A stretch of 59,801 nt of DNA, from NCBI GenBank assembly GCA_030264375.1, contig JASCQW010000119.1, forward strand, positions 8,700,372-8,760,172, in the 5' to 3' direction. The stretch comes from Carcharhinus longimanus (taxonomy: Eukaryota). The position numbers and the translations under genes are program-made. Below the pieces are notes generated by a model that saw nothing but the letters and a program-made list of their open reading frames with translations, did not search any database and was not told the DNA's origin. How positions within the stretch are numbered: the stretch's first letter is position 1; every line of letters begins with the position of its first letter. Of this stretch, positions 38,318 through 50,769 are shown one piece after another.

Positions 38318-41257
38318 GTAATGCCATTTTAGTTTTGAACGAAACAACCAACATCACGTCTTCACTTATTTTATGCATTTTTTTTCAGCATTTCAGTTAG
38401 TTGTTATTTCGAAAACTGTAAGCGTCAGAAGGTGAAGGGTCCTTGAGTAGGAGAATAAGAACATTGACAGAAATATGATATTCCAACTGTTGGAACAAGT
38501 TAAATGTAAAAAATGCTAAAGTGCACAATTTAAAGTATCATAAATATTTGAATAGGTTCTGACTCATGTGTCAAATATAATCATCATTCAAACTACCCAA
38601 CATGTTCAAGCAAAGGACATGGGTTCACTTACGGCGCCACTGCCTACAAATTAGTAGTAATATCCAAATCTGTCAATGTGTCAAGTTGTTACCAATATTT
38701 CAATATTCACTCAGACATTCAAATCCTGAACACCGTCAAATTCCACAACTGATTTTGGATGTGGATGCAGCCTGAGTCATGCTAAATTGAAAATGCGCTG
38801 CATAGGAGGTTTTTTTTTTTCAGGGCAACTGGTTTGCCATCCCAAATACTGGATTTCAAAATTAAATGTAATAAAATACTTAACAGTCGTCTCCTCCATG
38901 AGATGAAAAGAAAGCATGCGATATGTTAAATATCTAATGTGTTCCCCTCATATTCTCACAGGCACAAAGGTATCAGTGAAGTCGAGATTTGGGAAATAAA
39001 AGACAGCGTAGGATAAAAAAAAAAACGAAATGCTAAAAATTCTCCATCGGATTTCACTGCATGTAAATTTGACCTCATTTCATTCCTTAAAAGAAAAGTG
39101 GACAATATTTTCGAAACAGATCAATTCTGCCAGGCAGAGGCATGTGATGCGCAAACGGTTATGGGACATCAACAAGAATTGATGGGTAAATTAATCCAAC
39201 TACATGCTAGCACGCATATTAAAGACTGACATGGACAGTGTGTTTAAGGCCAACAACAGTATATTTGGATGTAAAACAAATGGTAAACTGTCCCCCGTAG
39301 TTGGCTGTTGACACCGGCGAACCATGATGCATTTAGCTAAAACGAGTGCATGGAACATGAATGAACCTTTCAGAATCATGATATTACCACGCGAAAGAAA
39401 AACCTGCACATTAAACATAAGGCGATTTGTTTCCTGATGGAAACAAAAACTGCTCAGATGCATGCTTCTAGCACACAGCTATCAGCTTCGAAATAGACAA
39501 TCTGCTCTTTGGTCTGGGAAACATTTTCTGAAGGATTCGGGTATTTTGGTCGACATAAACTCCCGTTGAATCTCAGTGAGACAATTTGCAGAATGAAGAA
39601 ACAAGTGTACTGTTTCCCAATTAATGCAAGCGAACAATCACACCCTACTGAAAATTTTCGAAATCTTCAAAACTACACAACTCAACGGATCATTCTCAAA
39701 CTGCAGATCCAATAGTTTAGCATTCAGACACGGCCAATTTTCAAGCTGCAAATATAGATAAAACAACAAAAACTGAAAAGACCGACCTATTGAAAGGCAA
39801 ATTTCAATTTTCAACGATAATATTAACTCCACTTTTCTTTGAGGAATTTAGACTTCCTCGATGCCCACCGTCTGCAAGGCCAGTGAATACACATAAGCAA
39901 ATGATAATATTGGCTAATAATCCACGCCAGCAACCAATTCCTCCATGATTACAAAAAAAAAAATGCTCAATTGCATTCACTTTAATTCAAGGACCCGCTT
40001 ACAAAACACAACTATCACATTGATTTCATTGATGATTGTAGTAAAGAAAAACAAATAAAGTGTTTAAAAGAACAATTAAAGTAGAGAATAGTTGTTTAAC
40101 GCCAATGACGCTGCATGATACTGTCAAGTGCCATACAATTTCATAGAACCTCACAGAAGAACACGTTTGGGAAATTATCAGGCATACTCCTAATTACAAA
40201 AGGACGAAAATAGGAATGGAGATGAAGGAGAACGTTGGATCAATATCTGTTCTTCTTTCTAAAATCTTTGGAATTTCCTTCTCAGGGATTAATTCCTCCT
40301 GAACGAGACTTATGCTTTAACTGAGGGAATTCGCCATCGTGGGGCCTGGCTATCGTTGCTTTCATTTCCACAGTATTATCTATTTAATTGGAAGCTCTCA
40401 AGCATTTGCAAGATTAATGATTATTGAAAGAATCAGGTAAAGATGCTAATTGTCTGCTTATACATCATTTTTTTAATGAATTAATTCGAATAAGAATTGA
40501 TCGTGGTGCAATTTCTCTGTGTTAAATATATGTTTTTGGATACAACGTTATCTGATCAGTGATCGACCATTATGTGCTTCCTATATTCGCCTTGCTTATG
40601 TGAACCTGACTAATGTGCATTACACGTTGAGTTTTTTTTTTCCGCTATGTGTTCAATTCGCGTTATTCAATGTGCCTTTAGCACTGTAACAGCTCCAGTG
40701 TCGATGTCACAGGAGAATGCTCTATCATTCGACTTGCAACAGCAAAATCACATTTAACAATGAACTGTTTCTTCCTCGACCACATCACCGTGTCATTGAA
40801 CAATTACACGGTGCCACAATATCTGTGTCATATAATTTTATCATTATATTTCGGAATAAATTATGTCAGTGGTAAGGCAAAATGCCACGAATCCAAAAGC
40901 AAATACAGCTCAATGACCTCAAAAGGCAAATGCATACAGTGTCTCCTCATAAAGGAAAGCAATGCTCACTACCAGGACTCACTGTTCCTATTGCATTCCC
41001 AGGATGAAAATTCAATCATTGATCCAGAAGATAAAGTGAACATATGGGGGCTTTTATACACGCAATGCTAATTCTTGACTTTATTGCACACTGGTCATTA
41101 CTGTGAACAATTTGCATTTTATTTCAGCCAGTAAAAACTATGTTAAACTAATGTGTCTTCAGATTCACTCAATGAGGACATGATGACCTCTCTCTCTGTC
41201 TCTCTTTCACTGTCAGTGTTCCCTCTTTAAAACGAAATTATGTTTATGTTACTCCAG

Positions 41258-41284
41258 AATATCAGAACCTTCAAGCTAAGTGTA
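41258..41284 (+). CDS. Microexon 16 (27 nt, EYQNLQAKC; resembles a shortened 36-class exon)
   Basis: tttatgttactccag|...TGTA|gtaagt; aligns with EIEHLKAKV of exon 18. Confidence 0.7.
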
Positions 41285-41799
41285 GTAAGTACTGGACTGT
41301 CCAACATTTTCAAATTCTTAACAGTTACATTCGGTTGTTCAGACATTCCTTTTAGATTCAGCGTCTCTGTGTGGTACGGCAGGGACAACGTTTATCAGCA
41401 CCAAAGTTAATGCGACAAGCAATGACACTCAACGCTGATCAATCAAACTTTAAGAGATCTTCGCGAGGGCATTTTACTGGCTGGAGCAATAACGAAGAAA
41501 ATCCATTATGTTTGTTGTTATTGGAATTCAGGTGCCATAAATGAACTGCAATGCAGTTTTTCCGCATGTGATGGCTTTAATCAGGCAACTGAGATTGGTC
41601 TGCATGAAAATGAACTCCCTGACTGAAGGCTATAAAAAAAACAAATCCGTCTTTGAAGCCGAATTGATGGTCCGATTAGACATCTCCTTCAACACCAAAC
41701 AAATAAACAAACTCAAATTAACTTAGGGACAAATTAAAAGGGACAGCTCCCCAAAACGAAGGGCACAGACGAAACAACAAAAAAAAAGTCGAAAGGAAA

Positions 41800-42060
41800 C
41801 TTAAAATATGAAATCAAAATGTGATTGTCGGGGTCTATAACACACCCCAGTCCCTGTGGTGCCCACCGGGGCGGGAGGCATCAGTTGCACCCGCGGACAT
41901 CGCATCCTCCATCTCCAGGAACACCTGGCCACGAATGTAGCTGCGTTAGCGTGGAAGACAGTCAGGACGGACGACCCCATCGATCGCCCGCTGCCTGGAC
42001 CTATCGATGGCGCGTCTCGCTAGGCCCAGGAGCAGGTTCACGAGGAATGGTCCAATTAGT
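41800..42060 (-). mobile_element. Tx1-clade (L1-like) LINE, ORF2 C-terminus
   Basis: LVNLLLGLARRAIDRSRQRAIDGVVRPDCLP...WAPQGLGCVIDPDNHILI. Confidence 0.8.
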
Positions 42061-43330
42061 CAGCCCCATGTTTTTTTTTGTTAAAAGAAGTGTGCCCGTC
42101 CCTCTGCACCCCTGATGTTGACTGCATACTGAGTGCACTCTGTATGCAGTCTGATGGCTGCCAGTGCTTTGTTTTCAGCCCCGTTCGAGTTATCACTGAG
42201 GTGAATAAAGGTATCTGTGTCCAACAACAGAGCAGGGTGTTGGTATTGAGTGCTACTGTTGTTGTTGTGTCTTGGAGCCTGATACCTGGAGCGAGGGGTT
42301 CTGAGCAATGGTCCTATGATTCCAGCCATATGTTTTTTGCCCTGTCTTCATTGCATTATATGTCTGGAATGAAGAAATTAAGGATTTTTGTTTGTTCCCA
42401 TTGCCAGTGTTAGTTGGAGTCATTTGTCCCTTTGATATCAGATAGTAGTTTCCAACCATCTCCGCTAAGCTGATTCAAACCTTCTCCTTGAACTCAGTCA
42501 ATTCCTACTCCCGAGCCTTTCTTTGATTCCTGTCTGAAGACCAAATAGTGTTTCCATCTGTTTGGGACTTGTGCAAAAACTTTCATCTCTGCTGCACGTA
42601 TGAGAGGCGATGTACCATTTGACACTCAGTTGTATTGCAAGGCGTGGCCAGGAAGGCTCAACTCTGCAAGACCCAAGCCAGGCAGGTGTACCCCAGAAAC
42701 TGTCGTTCAGGAAGGATCTTTCCCGAAGGTGCAAACCCGAAAGGTATAATCCTAGCAGATAATTCCTCTGAAGATCTGGCTGTGCGGGGTGGCGCCTTGG
42801 AAAAATTTGGATGAACATTGCAATTTCGGAAGACGTAAACTTGCAAGGTGAAAACGCTGAAAGGGGAACGCCCGGGAATGTTGACATACTTTGTTGTTGG
42901 AAAAAGACTGCTAATTGTCGTATGGTGAAGCTTTTGGTATTGCATTAGTTTCTTGGCTTGTCCTTTTTTTTCTTCCTTCCATGATTTGTAGAGAGGGGTC
43001 GTCCGCCATGGATAGAGAACATACACTGTGTGTAACATCCGGTTAAGGAGAGCTCAGGTTGGTGATGCACTGCATGCAGTAACACTGGAGATTCCTCAAT
43101 CTCTGACGGAAAGTCTACAAGTGTGTACCCAGACTTAATAGCCCTCGGGATCGCCACTCATCTTTATCACCACGGCTGAAAATCCAAACTCAAACTCCAG
43201 AGAGTAGTTCCACAGTGAATTTCCCAAAAACCCTCCCCCCCCACCTTCCCCGCCCCATGCCATGCCGACAGACTGTAACGTGCAGCTGCCGGACACAAGT
43301 AACTCCGAAGAGACGACCCCCCCCCCCACA
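42061..43330 (-). mobile_element. Probable degenerate Tx1/L1 ORF1 region and ORF2 start
   Basis: CNVHPNF...RIIPFGF...ERQF resembles Tx1 ORF1 (SNVPPF..IPLG..RRQ); VNIRG resembles the endonuclease start LNING/NVRG. Similarity is weak. Confidence 0.35.
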
Positions 43331-44069
43331 ACCAAGGTATTATTGTTGCANNNNNNNNNNNNNNNNNNNNNNNNNNNNNNNNNNNNNNNNNNNNNNNNNN
43401 NNNNNNNNNNNNNNNNNNNNNNNNNNNNNNNNNNNNNNNNNNNNNNNNNNCGGCATAGCTTTATTTTCTTTTACGTCGACGGAGAAGCACAATCAGGACA
43501 TACAATCGGACTGTCCCGAAAGCGCTCGAAAGACTCCCCCACAACGGGCCACAGTTATACCTGAACTTCGCGTTTCAAATGCAAATCCATTATTTACAGT
43601 ATTTGACTTCACCCATCCTGTTTCGATGTTTTCGAGTGTTGGTGCAATTGTTTTAAGTGTGTGTTAATCATTTTTGTCTGGTTGGTTATCAATGGTCTAG
43701 AATCTTTGGGGTTTGAACCATAGGTGTGTTATTGATCTCAGAGAGGTTTGAGGGGCCAGGGACGTTTCCTTAACTATGATAATTTTAGGTGTCTCCATGG
43801 GTTGTTTGACTGGTTTAGAAGTGCTGATTTTGATGGGGCGGGGATGTGTTATTTCAATTTAGTTCGTGTAGGTGCCATCCTGTCCAATTTCCCTCATGTG
43901 CTAGCCCTTATTTGCATTGTAAAAGCATGCTCTTGCCTACTGATCGGTGTCTGTTACTTTGTGATTTTAGTGGAGGACTCTGAGGATCGCTTTAGTTTGC
44001 TTCAATTTTGTGTGCCCAATTTCATAAAATTTGTTGTCCGATAACAGCTGGTTCTATCAAAGGAGGGCA

Positions 44070-46455
44070 AAACAATGTCACGATAGCTTCAGCGCTGGGT
44101 ATTATTACTGACAGCATATCAATATCGCTTGTTGCACGAGCAGGGGTCTCGAGTGCCCCTAAGCAGGCTACCATTACCAGAGACCCCACCATTGGCACTA
44201 GAGTTGAAGAAACGGTGATGACAGAAATGTTATTGGATCACCTCCCGATGGCAGTACACAACATGAGCCGTGCACAAAAAAAGATCCAGTATCAACAAAG
44301 GCAATGTCCCTGCTGCTAATTGACGTAATGGAAAGGCCTGTTCAGAGGCAATTCCTTTTGGAGCAAAACAGCAGTTTACTGCGGAAGACAGGACCTGCTA
44401 TGGGTGCAGGATCATCGGTGCAAGACAGGGTCATCGTGTCATACTGGCTGAATTACACCATGGGCATTCTAGAATCTCCAAAGTGAAGACATTGGCCAGG
44501 AGTTATGTCTGGTGGCCAGATCCCGATGCAGCCGTAGGAGAATTGATGCCAGAAATGTCAACATGGGTACACGGTGCCACCCAGAGCCCCGACGCACCCA
44601 TGGGAATGGCCAGGTAGGCCATGGTCGCCAAACCATGTCGAACCTGCAGGCTGGTTTCGGGGATCCATATTTTGGGTAACAGAAGACGCTCATTCCAAAT
44701 GGTTGAGCATCTAAGGATTATAATCAGCAACACAACCACAACGTTCAGAAACTGACCAATATGACTGCAATGCACGGGTTTCCAGAGGAGTTAGTTTCGT
44801 ACAACGGATCCGTTTGGACCAGCCAGGATTTCACAAAATCATGAAATTGTACGGGAGTCGACAAGTAAGGACAATACCAAAATACCGTTGCTAGCACCGC
44901 AGTCTGTTTTAAGCCTTAACGGTGGCAAATAATTTTGAGTAGGCGTCTTGTGAGTACAACCAATATTTATTTAAACCCACACAATCAATAATCACCCACT
45001 TGATCAACAATAAGTCATCTTACAGAAAATAATAGACTTCAAGTCCAATACAAGTCCTTGAATTAGCTTTGCATGACTGTCAAGTGCCCAAGCAAGTAGT
45101 GGCCTGTATTTGTGCCCTGGACTGGGTAGTCGTCTACGTAGTCTGGACCTTTGATCTGATCTGCCACTTTGGCTGTGGTCTTCCTTCCTTCTTCTCGGAT
45201 GTGGTGGCTCTCAACGTACTGGCCAAAGCTGGCGATGTTCACAAGTGTTGTAGCTCCTTCGTGGGGTCAGAAAGAGAGAGAGGGGGAGAGAGATTCCTGG
45301 TTGAACAGCATCCTTTATACCCCGTTGAGTTTCACGCCCCTTTTTGCCATTGCCAATCAGTTGACCAAGAAGTGATCCTCCTATTGATGCGGGACAAATT
45401 AGGTGCTACCACACCGACCTCTGGTTGTATTGCCAACGGTCATGTCAGTATGCGATAGAGGCACCCATGTCACATACCTCCCTCCTAAATAGGGGTTCAC
45501 GGTGCCCTTATGTCTGGTGTGCAACCCAGTGTGACCATATATTCCGTTCATCCGGGAGATGACCCATATCCTGTTTGTTCACTCGCCAAGGTTGCAGCCT
45601 GTTTGTCTCTGTCTTTACACTGCAGCCTGTAGTTTTACTTCTAGCCCAATTGTCCGATTTACAAATCGCCATTTTAAATGGTCCGTTTGGCCACATTACC
45701 AAGAGTTAAATGACTGAGCGGAGAAAGCAATCCAGGCCCTAAAAGTCGCGCTGAAAAAAAAACTGTCAGTGGCGTCAACAGGAACCAGACTTTCGCGCTG
45801 ACAATTTGACTTTTAGAATATTCTGCACGCCACCACGGTAAAACTACTAGCAGAATTATTCATGCGAAGGTGACCTCGCAAAAGACTGACCCTGCTTGTC
45901 GTTCCAAATGTGGGATGGAAGGTGGAATTCAGACCTAGAAGCCCAATGCGGAGACAATTGGGAGGAAAGAGAGTTTGACATCGGTGAGAAACTCTGGGTG
46001 AGAAATTAGACAAATGTTCCCCGATGGATACCAGGAACGGTTGAGTGCAGAATGGGACCAGGAACGTACCAGGTATGCATGGGCAAGGCCATCCTAAGAA
46101 AACACCTGGACCGGGTCTGTGCCTCAAACTGACCAGACCTTCCCAAGCCGAGTCAGCCGTGCTGTCCTCGGGATGAGAAGATAATTTCTCGAAAGCCAGC
46201 TCGGACTTCCCAATTGAAAACCCCTGGTGGGAAGCTTAGAATCCAAGATAGACACAGAGGACGAAAATGCAGCAGTTCCCTTGCCACCCGAGGGTCGCAA
46301 CAAACCAACCCTTCTGCATTCGCTACAGAAGAGACGGCAAAATGTTACACCCTGCCAAACGCAGGTTGGAGGATGCGGACCTGGCGCTCAAACGGAGGGA
46401 AAGAGCCATAAGGCAATCAAGCCGTTCGAATTCCTCAGACTTTGAGGTGTGGTGA
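44070..46455 (+). mobile_element. Gypsy/Ty3 LTR retrotransposon pol relic (RNase H end, integrase), split by a solo LTR
   Basis: LQRWVLLLTAYQY, LAELHHGHSRISKVKTLARSYVWWP, HPWEWPGRPWS, DAHSKW and HGFPEELVSYNG; after the insertion AEKAIQALK, WIPGTV and RKHLDR. Confidence 0.93.
44886..45695 (-). mobile_element. Solo LTR (~810 bp) inserted antisense into the Gypsy integrase
   Basis: Minus strand TG...CG (CA eroded); flanks atac/ttac (4-bp TSD, one mismatch); CCAAT-type box ~45,352; TATAAA at 45,314-45,319; AATAAA at 44,966-44,971; integrase sequence resumes across it. Confidence 0.85.
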
Positions 46456-46457
46456 GT

Positions 46458-46751
46458 GGAAAGGGGGAGGGGAAATGGTGTTGTTTGATTACTTTAACCA
46501 ATCAATTGGGTTTGGCCTGCTTCAATACGATCTCCCTGATTGAAGGTGTAAACAAAACAAAATAAATCCCAGATTGAAACCGAATTAATGGTCCAAACAG
46601 AGAACCCCATATTCTGTACTTAAACATAAATGTCTATCGCTCTGCCCTCTTGATGTACCCTGCACAATAGAAGCTTTATGGTCTTGTTGGATCTTGAAAA
46701 TAAATAAATTCTGGTGACAGGACTTTCGCCCGAAATGACTTATTAAACACA
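46458..46751 (+). mobile_element. Polypurine tract and 3' LTR of the Gypsy element
   Basis: ggaaagggggaggggaaa followed by TG at 46,476; AATAAA near 46,700; probable ...acaca end. Confidence 0.7.
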
Positions 46752-47875
46752 CGTTTGGGACACGGGAGTAGTGTATTCACAACGTTGAATTAGACTTTTT
46801 TTTCATTTAACATTTCATGGATAACTATTAAATGCAGCAAAGTGGATTTTACAGAGTACATTTCATCGAACCCCTGAAAGGAAACCTTTGTGAAGCATCA
46901 GGGGATGTTGAAGATTTGCACATTTGCATTGAAAAATTGAGTTACAATTCCGACAGACATAAATGCATCGAGACGACCAAAGGTTTGCAGCGCACATCGT
47001 TCCGCCAATTCTAATGCGTGTCTGTTTTGGGACTTTAAAGGGAAAAGGCGTGCCTAATATTCTGCACCAATAACACACCGATATGCTCCATTCCAGCATC
47101 CTCGCTAGCGCATTCGAAAGTGACGTTGTTTCTCTGGCCATCGATACCACGCAGTCTGTGTGCTGGCTTTAGCTGTATTGAAAGTAGCCGATAATTGTTT
47201 TGCACTGACTTCCGAAAACTTGGGCCCAACATAAGTCGGAAAAGTTGACAACCTGTACTAAACTTGCACTGTTTAGAAGTAAACCCCTCAGTGCATATCG
47301 TTTGCTATAGTGCAAAACTCATGCCCAATTAGAACTGCGAGACAATGAATGTCAACATCTTCTTAAGCTAAGAAAAGCAAACCCTCATTTTTCGCTGATG
47401 GACCGAAACACTTCAGAAATAATGTGCAGTTTGTCTCTGAAATGAAATAAAAATCATGGCATTTTACGAACTCTTTCAAAATGATTTGTGTCTGTGGCCC
47501 TGGCTTAGACATCCAAACGCCATCACACAACTGGAGACGTTGCATTTTCAAATTCTAACTTCTCTTATCAAATTGATTGATATTATCAGCAATGCCAAAT
47601 GTCTTTCAAGTTTTGAATAACAGGCAACAGGTTTCACAGATAGGACTAGAGATAATACGTTTCACTTGCTATTTCCTATGGATTCGTTTCAAAATAATCC
47701 ATTTTGCATTCTAGGTGAATTCCCAAGTTGCGCGTACTACCGTAATTAGGTGTTGGTCGTTTCGGCAATTATTATATTCAATGTACTATTCGATATAATC
47801 AGCAACGGCACACATTGTATTGTGCGTTATACCTGCATTAAAATTCCAATTTGATCTTTTTGTAATCTCGTCCAG

Positions 47876-47902
47876 AAAAAGAGCATGGCGAAAACAATAT
47901 AG
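47876..47902 (+). CDS. Microexon 17 (27 nt, K/EKEHGENNI)
   Basis: ttttgtaatctcgtccag|...TAG|gtaaaa; the peptide fits the motif less well than other 27-nt exons. Confidence 0.65.
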   Translation, partial: KKSMAKTI

Positions 47903-48519
47903 GTAAAATCTATCATGTAGACTTACCCGCACTATTTTCATGAATTTTGAGCGCTGAAAATATAATCAAATTAACTATGTTCCTGTCGGGAGTATTATGG
48001 AGTGGAGCAGTCTTAAATTAAAAAGGTATATGTACCATCATCGCACAACAACAACTAATGTCAACGCCCTCAATATATTTTTTTTGACAGTTGAGAGACA
48101 ACAAAGCATAATTTGGTATTTCACACCTGAGCTGAAAAAAAAACATAAGCAGAACCGACTCCTTTCACTGTTACTTTTTTTTATGGTACAGTGTCTATCC
48201 GAAACTAAATAATACATGCAGTATTACAAATCTGTATGATATTTGTGTTGGCACAATTAATTTCAATAGCAAAAAAAAACGTTGCTGCATTTCCATGAGG
48301 ACAACAGTAATAGCACGTCAGATGATTCTGATTTGTTTTAATGCCCGGGGGTCATGACAAGACGAAGGTGATGAGTCGCTTCATGTGTCAAATTTGAAAC
48401 ATGAATCTGGAAGGATTGAAGCGATAAAATCGTTAAATCAATGCTATTCAAATTCATGATTGCAGATCGAAAATAATTGAAATCGTAAAGCATTATCATT
48501 GTCAGGTTTGATGTTTCAG

Positions 48520-48555
48520 AAATAGAACACTTGAAAGCCAAAGTGACATCATTAG
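48520..48555 (+). CDS. Microexon 18 (36 nt, EIEHLKAKVTSL)
   Basis: tttgatgtttcag|...TTAG|gtgagc. Confidence 0.85.
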
Positions 48556-49169
48556 GTGAGCAAAATATTAAAACAGATCTAAAAGTATCGCAGCTGTGCT
48601 TCACTCACATAATACGATACAGCAAAGCATATTTTGTCAGTATGAGGAGAGCATCAAAAAAAAAAAATACTCTATGAAGCGCATCTTCAGTGAACATGGG
48701 ATGTTAAAATAAAGCCATCTTGGTCTAAATGTCATTTTGACTCAGATGTAATTCATGCCGTAAAGACATCTATAACATCGGAGCATGAGTGACAATGCTG
48801 CACAAATGAATTGCGTAGTGTGGGGGAAATTATGTATGGCTGCAATAGCAAATCGGTGTCGTTCCCCTGCGATGTATGCATTTTCGGTCAATAAAACATT
48901 GATGCAGTCAGATCATTTGAGAAACAAATTTATTTTAAATCGGATACATCAATATTGCTGAAATAAGCAATGCATTGCAAATGCATTCTCGGTTGCTGTC
49001 TGAATGTGAACGCCTGTGTCTGGTATGTAGTCTTAGAGTCATATCGGCAGAAAAAAAAAATGAAGAAAAACACGCTTTGGTCCATTGTGTTTGTGACTAA
49101 TACATGTGCGTCTCAAGGTGCAAAAATCCCATTCCGAGGACTTGCCACATATCTTTGAATGATGTCCAA

Positions 49170-49640
49170 ATATTTTAAAATGCCTTTGAGTTTTCTAACC
49201 TCCACTAATTTTGAAGGCCGTGCAATTAGTGTTTGAGAGCCTCTGAATCACTTCTCCGTTACGCTTGATCAATGTCCCCCGCCCTTAGGATTTCTCATTC
49301 AAATACGAAAAACAGCGGCTCCTTGCTCAGCCTGTCCATAACTTACATAACATACACCTCAATCCTGTCCCTTAGAATTCCTTGCGCTAAAGAAAATAAT
49401 CTGAGCCTATCTAGTCTGTTCTTAAAGCTGAATTGCCCAATACAAGCTGACATCATTTGAGCATCCCCTGTACATCCTATCGTGCTACAATATTTTTCTT
49501 ATATAAGCTGAACTGAACTACACAAAGCACTCGAGGGGTTGCATTTCCAATACTCTTTCCACAAGCTCAGCATTACTTGTTCCTCTTGTCCTCTTTTATA
49601 CGAATGATGGAAGTAGTGGCTCATGTGTTTTCTATACTAA
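49170..49640 (-). mobile_element. Degenerate CR1 3' fragment
   Basis: Resembles the better preserved minus-strand CR1 at 50,900-51,300. Confidence 0.65.
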
Positions 49641-50184
49641 CATATTAATTTAATCACTCACTGTGGCAGCAATGTACTCCCGGCGCACATGACCTTTTTG
49701 TTTTCATTTAACAATGAAGCTCATATGTTAATAGTTTACCAACGAGATTGATTGTATGATAATTGTCCCATGCTCTCGCTGTTCCTCTGAGATTCACAGT
49801 GTCCTGCCATTGATTAAACATTTCATTTCTCTCGTTTTCTTCTCCATGAAAGGCATGTTTTTTTTTCTGCTCATAAAAACAAACATTTCTCACTCTATGC
49901 CAATACGTGCGAATTACTTGTTAGGCAGGTAACAGAATTTGCTGTTCCTTCACAGAAAACTTTTCAGCATCAACCTCACTGTCGTGTCTCTGCAGACAGT
50001 TCGCTGAAATATATGAGTTAACCGGAGAATTGTATTACACTTGTTAGTAGTCCAGAAATACTACCTCTACACCATCACCTTTTTATGCTAGATCCTGCAA
50101 GCGAATATAGCAGCATTAATATTAATATACCTAGACTTAGTGGAATCATTGATACCGCTTCTATTACAATATTCTCGAAAGATA

Positions 50185-50510
50185 ATATTACAAAGAACAA
50201 AGAACGACACAGCCCGGGAAACAGGCCCTTTGGCCCAACGAACCCGCGCCGCCATTTTAACATTATGAGTCCCCTCTCCACCAATGACCCTTGTCTATGA
50301 TTATGGCATTCCACATTGTGGGAAGCATTTAGGGGGGATTTGTTACACCAATCAGCCTAACAGCATATCTTTTGAGTGTCGGAGGATATCGGAGCAACCG
50401 TAGAAAACCCACGCAAGCACGGTGAGAATGCGCAAACTCCCGCAGTCACTGGCCCAAATCAATGTATCTGCACAACAAACAGTGATAGTCACTGAGCTGT
50501 CAAGTTGCCC
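50185..50510 (-). mobile_element. V-SINE with CR1-type tail
   Basis: acaaagaacaaagaac...aacaggccctttggccc tail; ggagcaaccgtagaaaacccacgc...gagaatgcgcaaactcc reverse V domain. Confidence 0.8.
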
Positions 50511-50769
50511 AGCATCTGGTCCAGTTTAAACGTAGACTAACGACGTGACGTACTAAGCTACTCTCAAAACAACCAAGAGCAGCCCTCGTACGACCCACTG
50601 CGTGTATGCCCCTTGTTGGACAAGAAGGCGGACCAAAACACCTGTCGATTAAAAGAGAAAAAAAAGAACATCAGTATCATCCACTTCCTTATACACACAT
50701 TCAATGGAGTCCCCCAGTGAAACAAGTGAGCCAGAAAATATGTTGGATGTTCCATACGAATCAATTGAT

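Noticed and set aside
38397-38417. 21-nt candidate exon (VSCYFEN) with gtaagc donor
   Set aside because: A stronger acceptor 8 nt upstream gives a non-3n exon; the peptide is unlike the array.
39138-39185. 48-nt candidate exon (EACDAQTVMGHQQELM)
   Set aside because: Open in phase 1 with a gtaaat donor, but needs the second of two close AGs and does not fit the repeat register; left unresolved.
40374-40436. 63-nt unit with good splice sites
   Set aside because: Contains a stop in the phase-1 frame used by the array.
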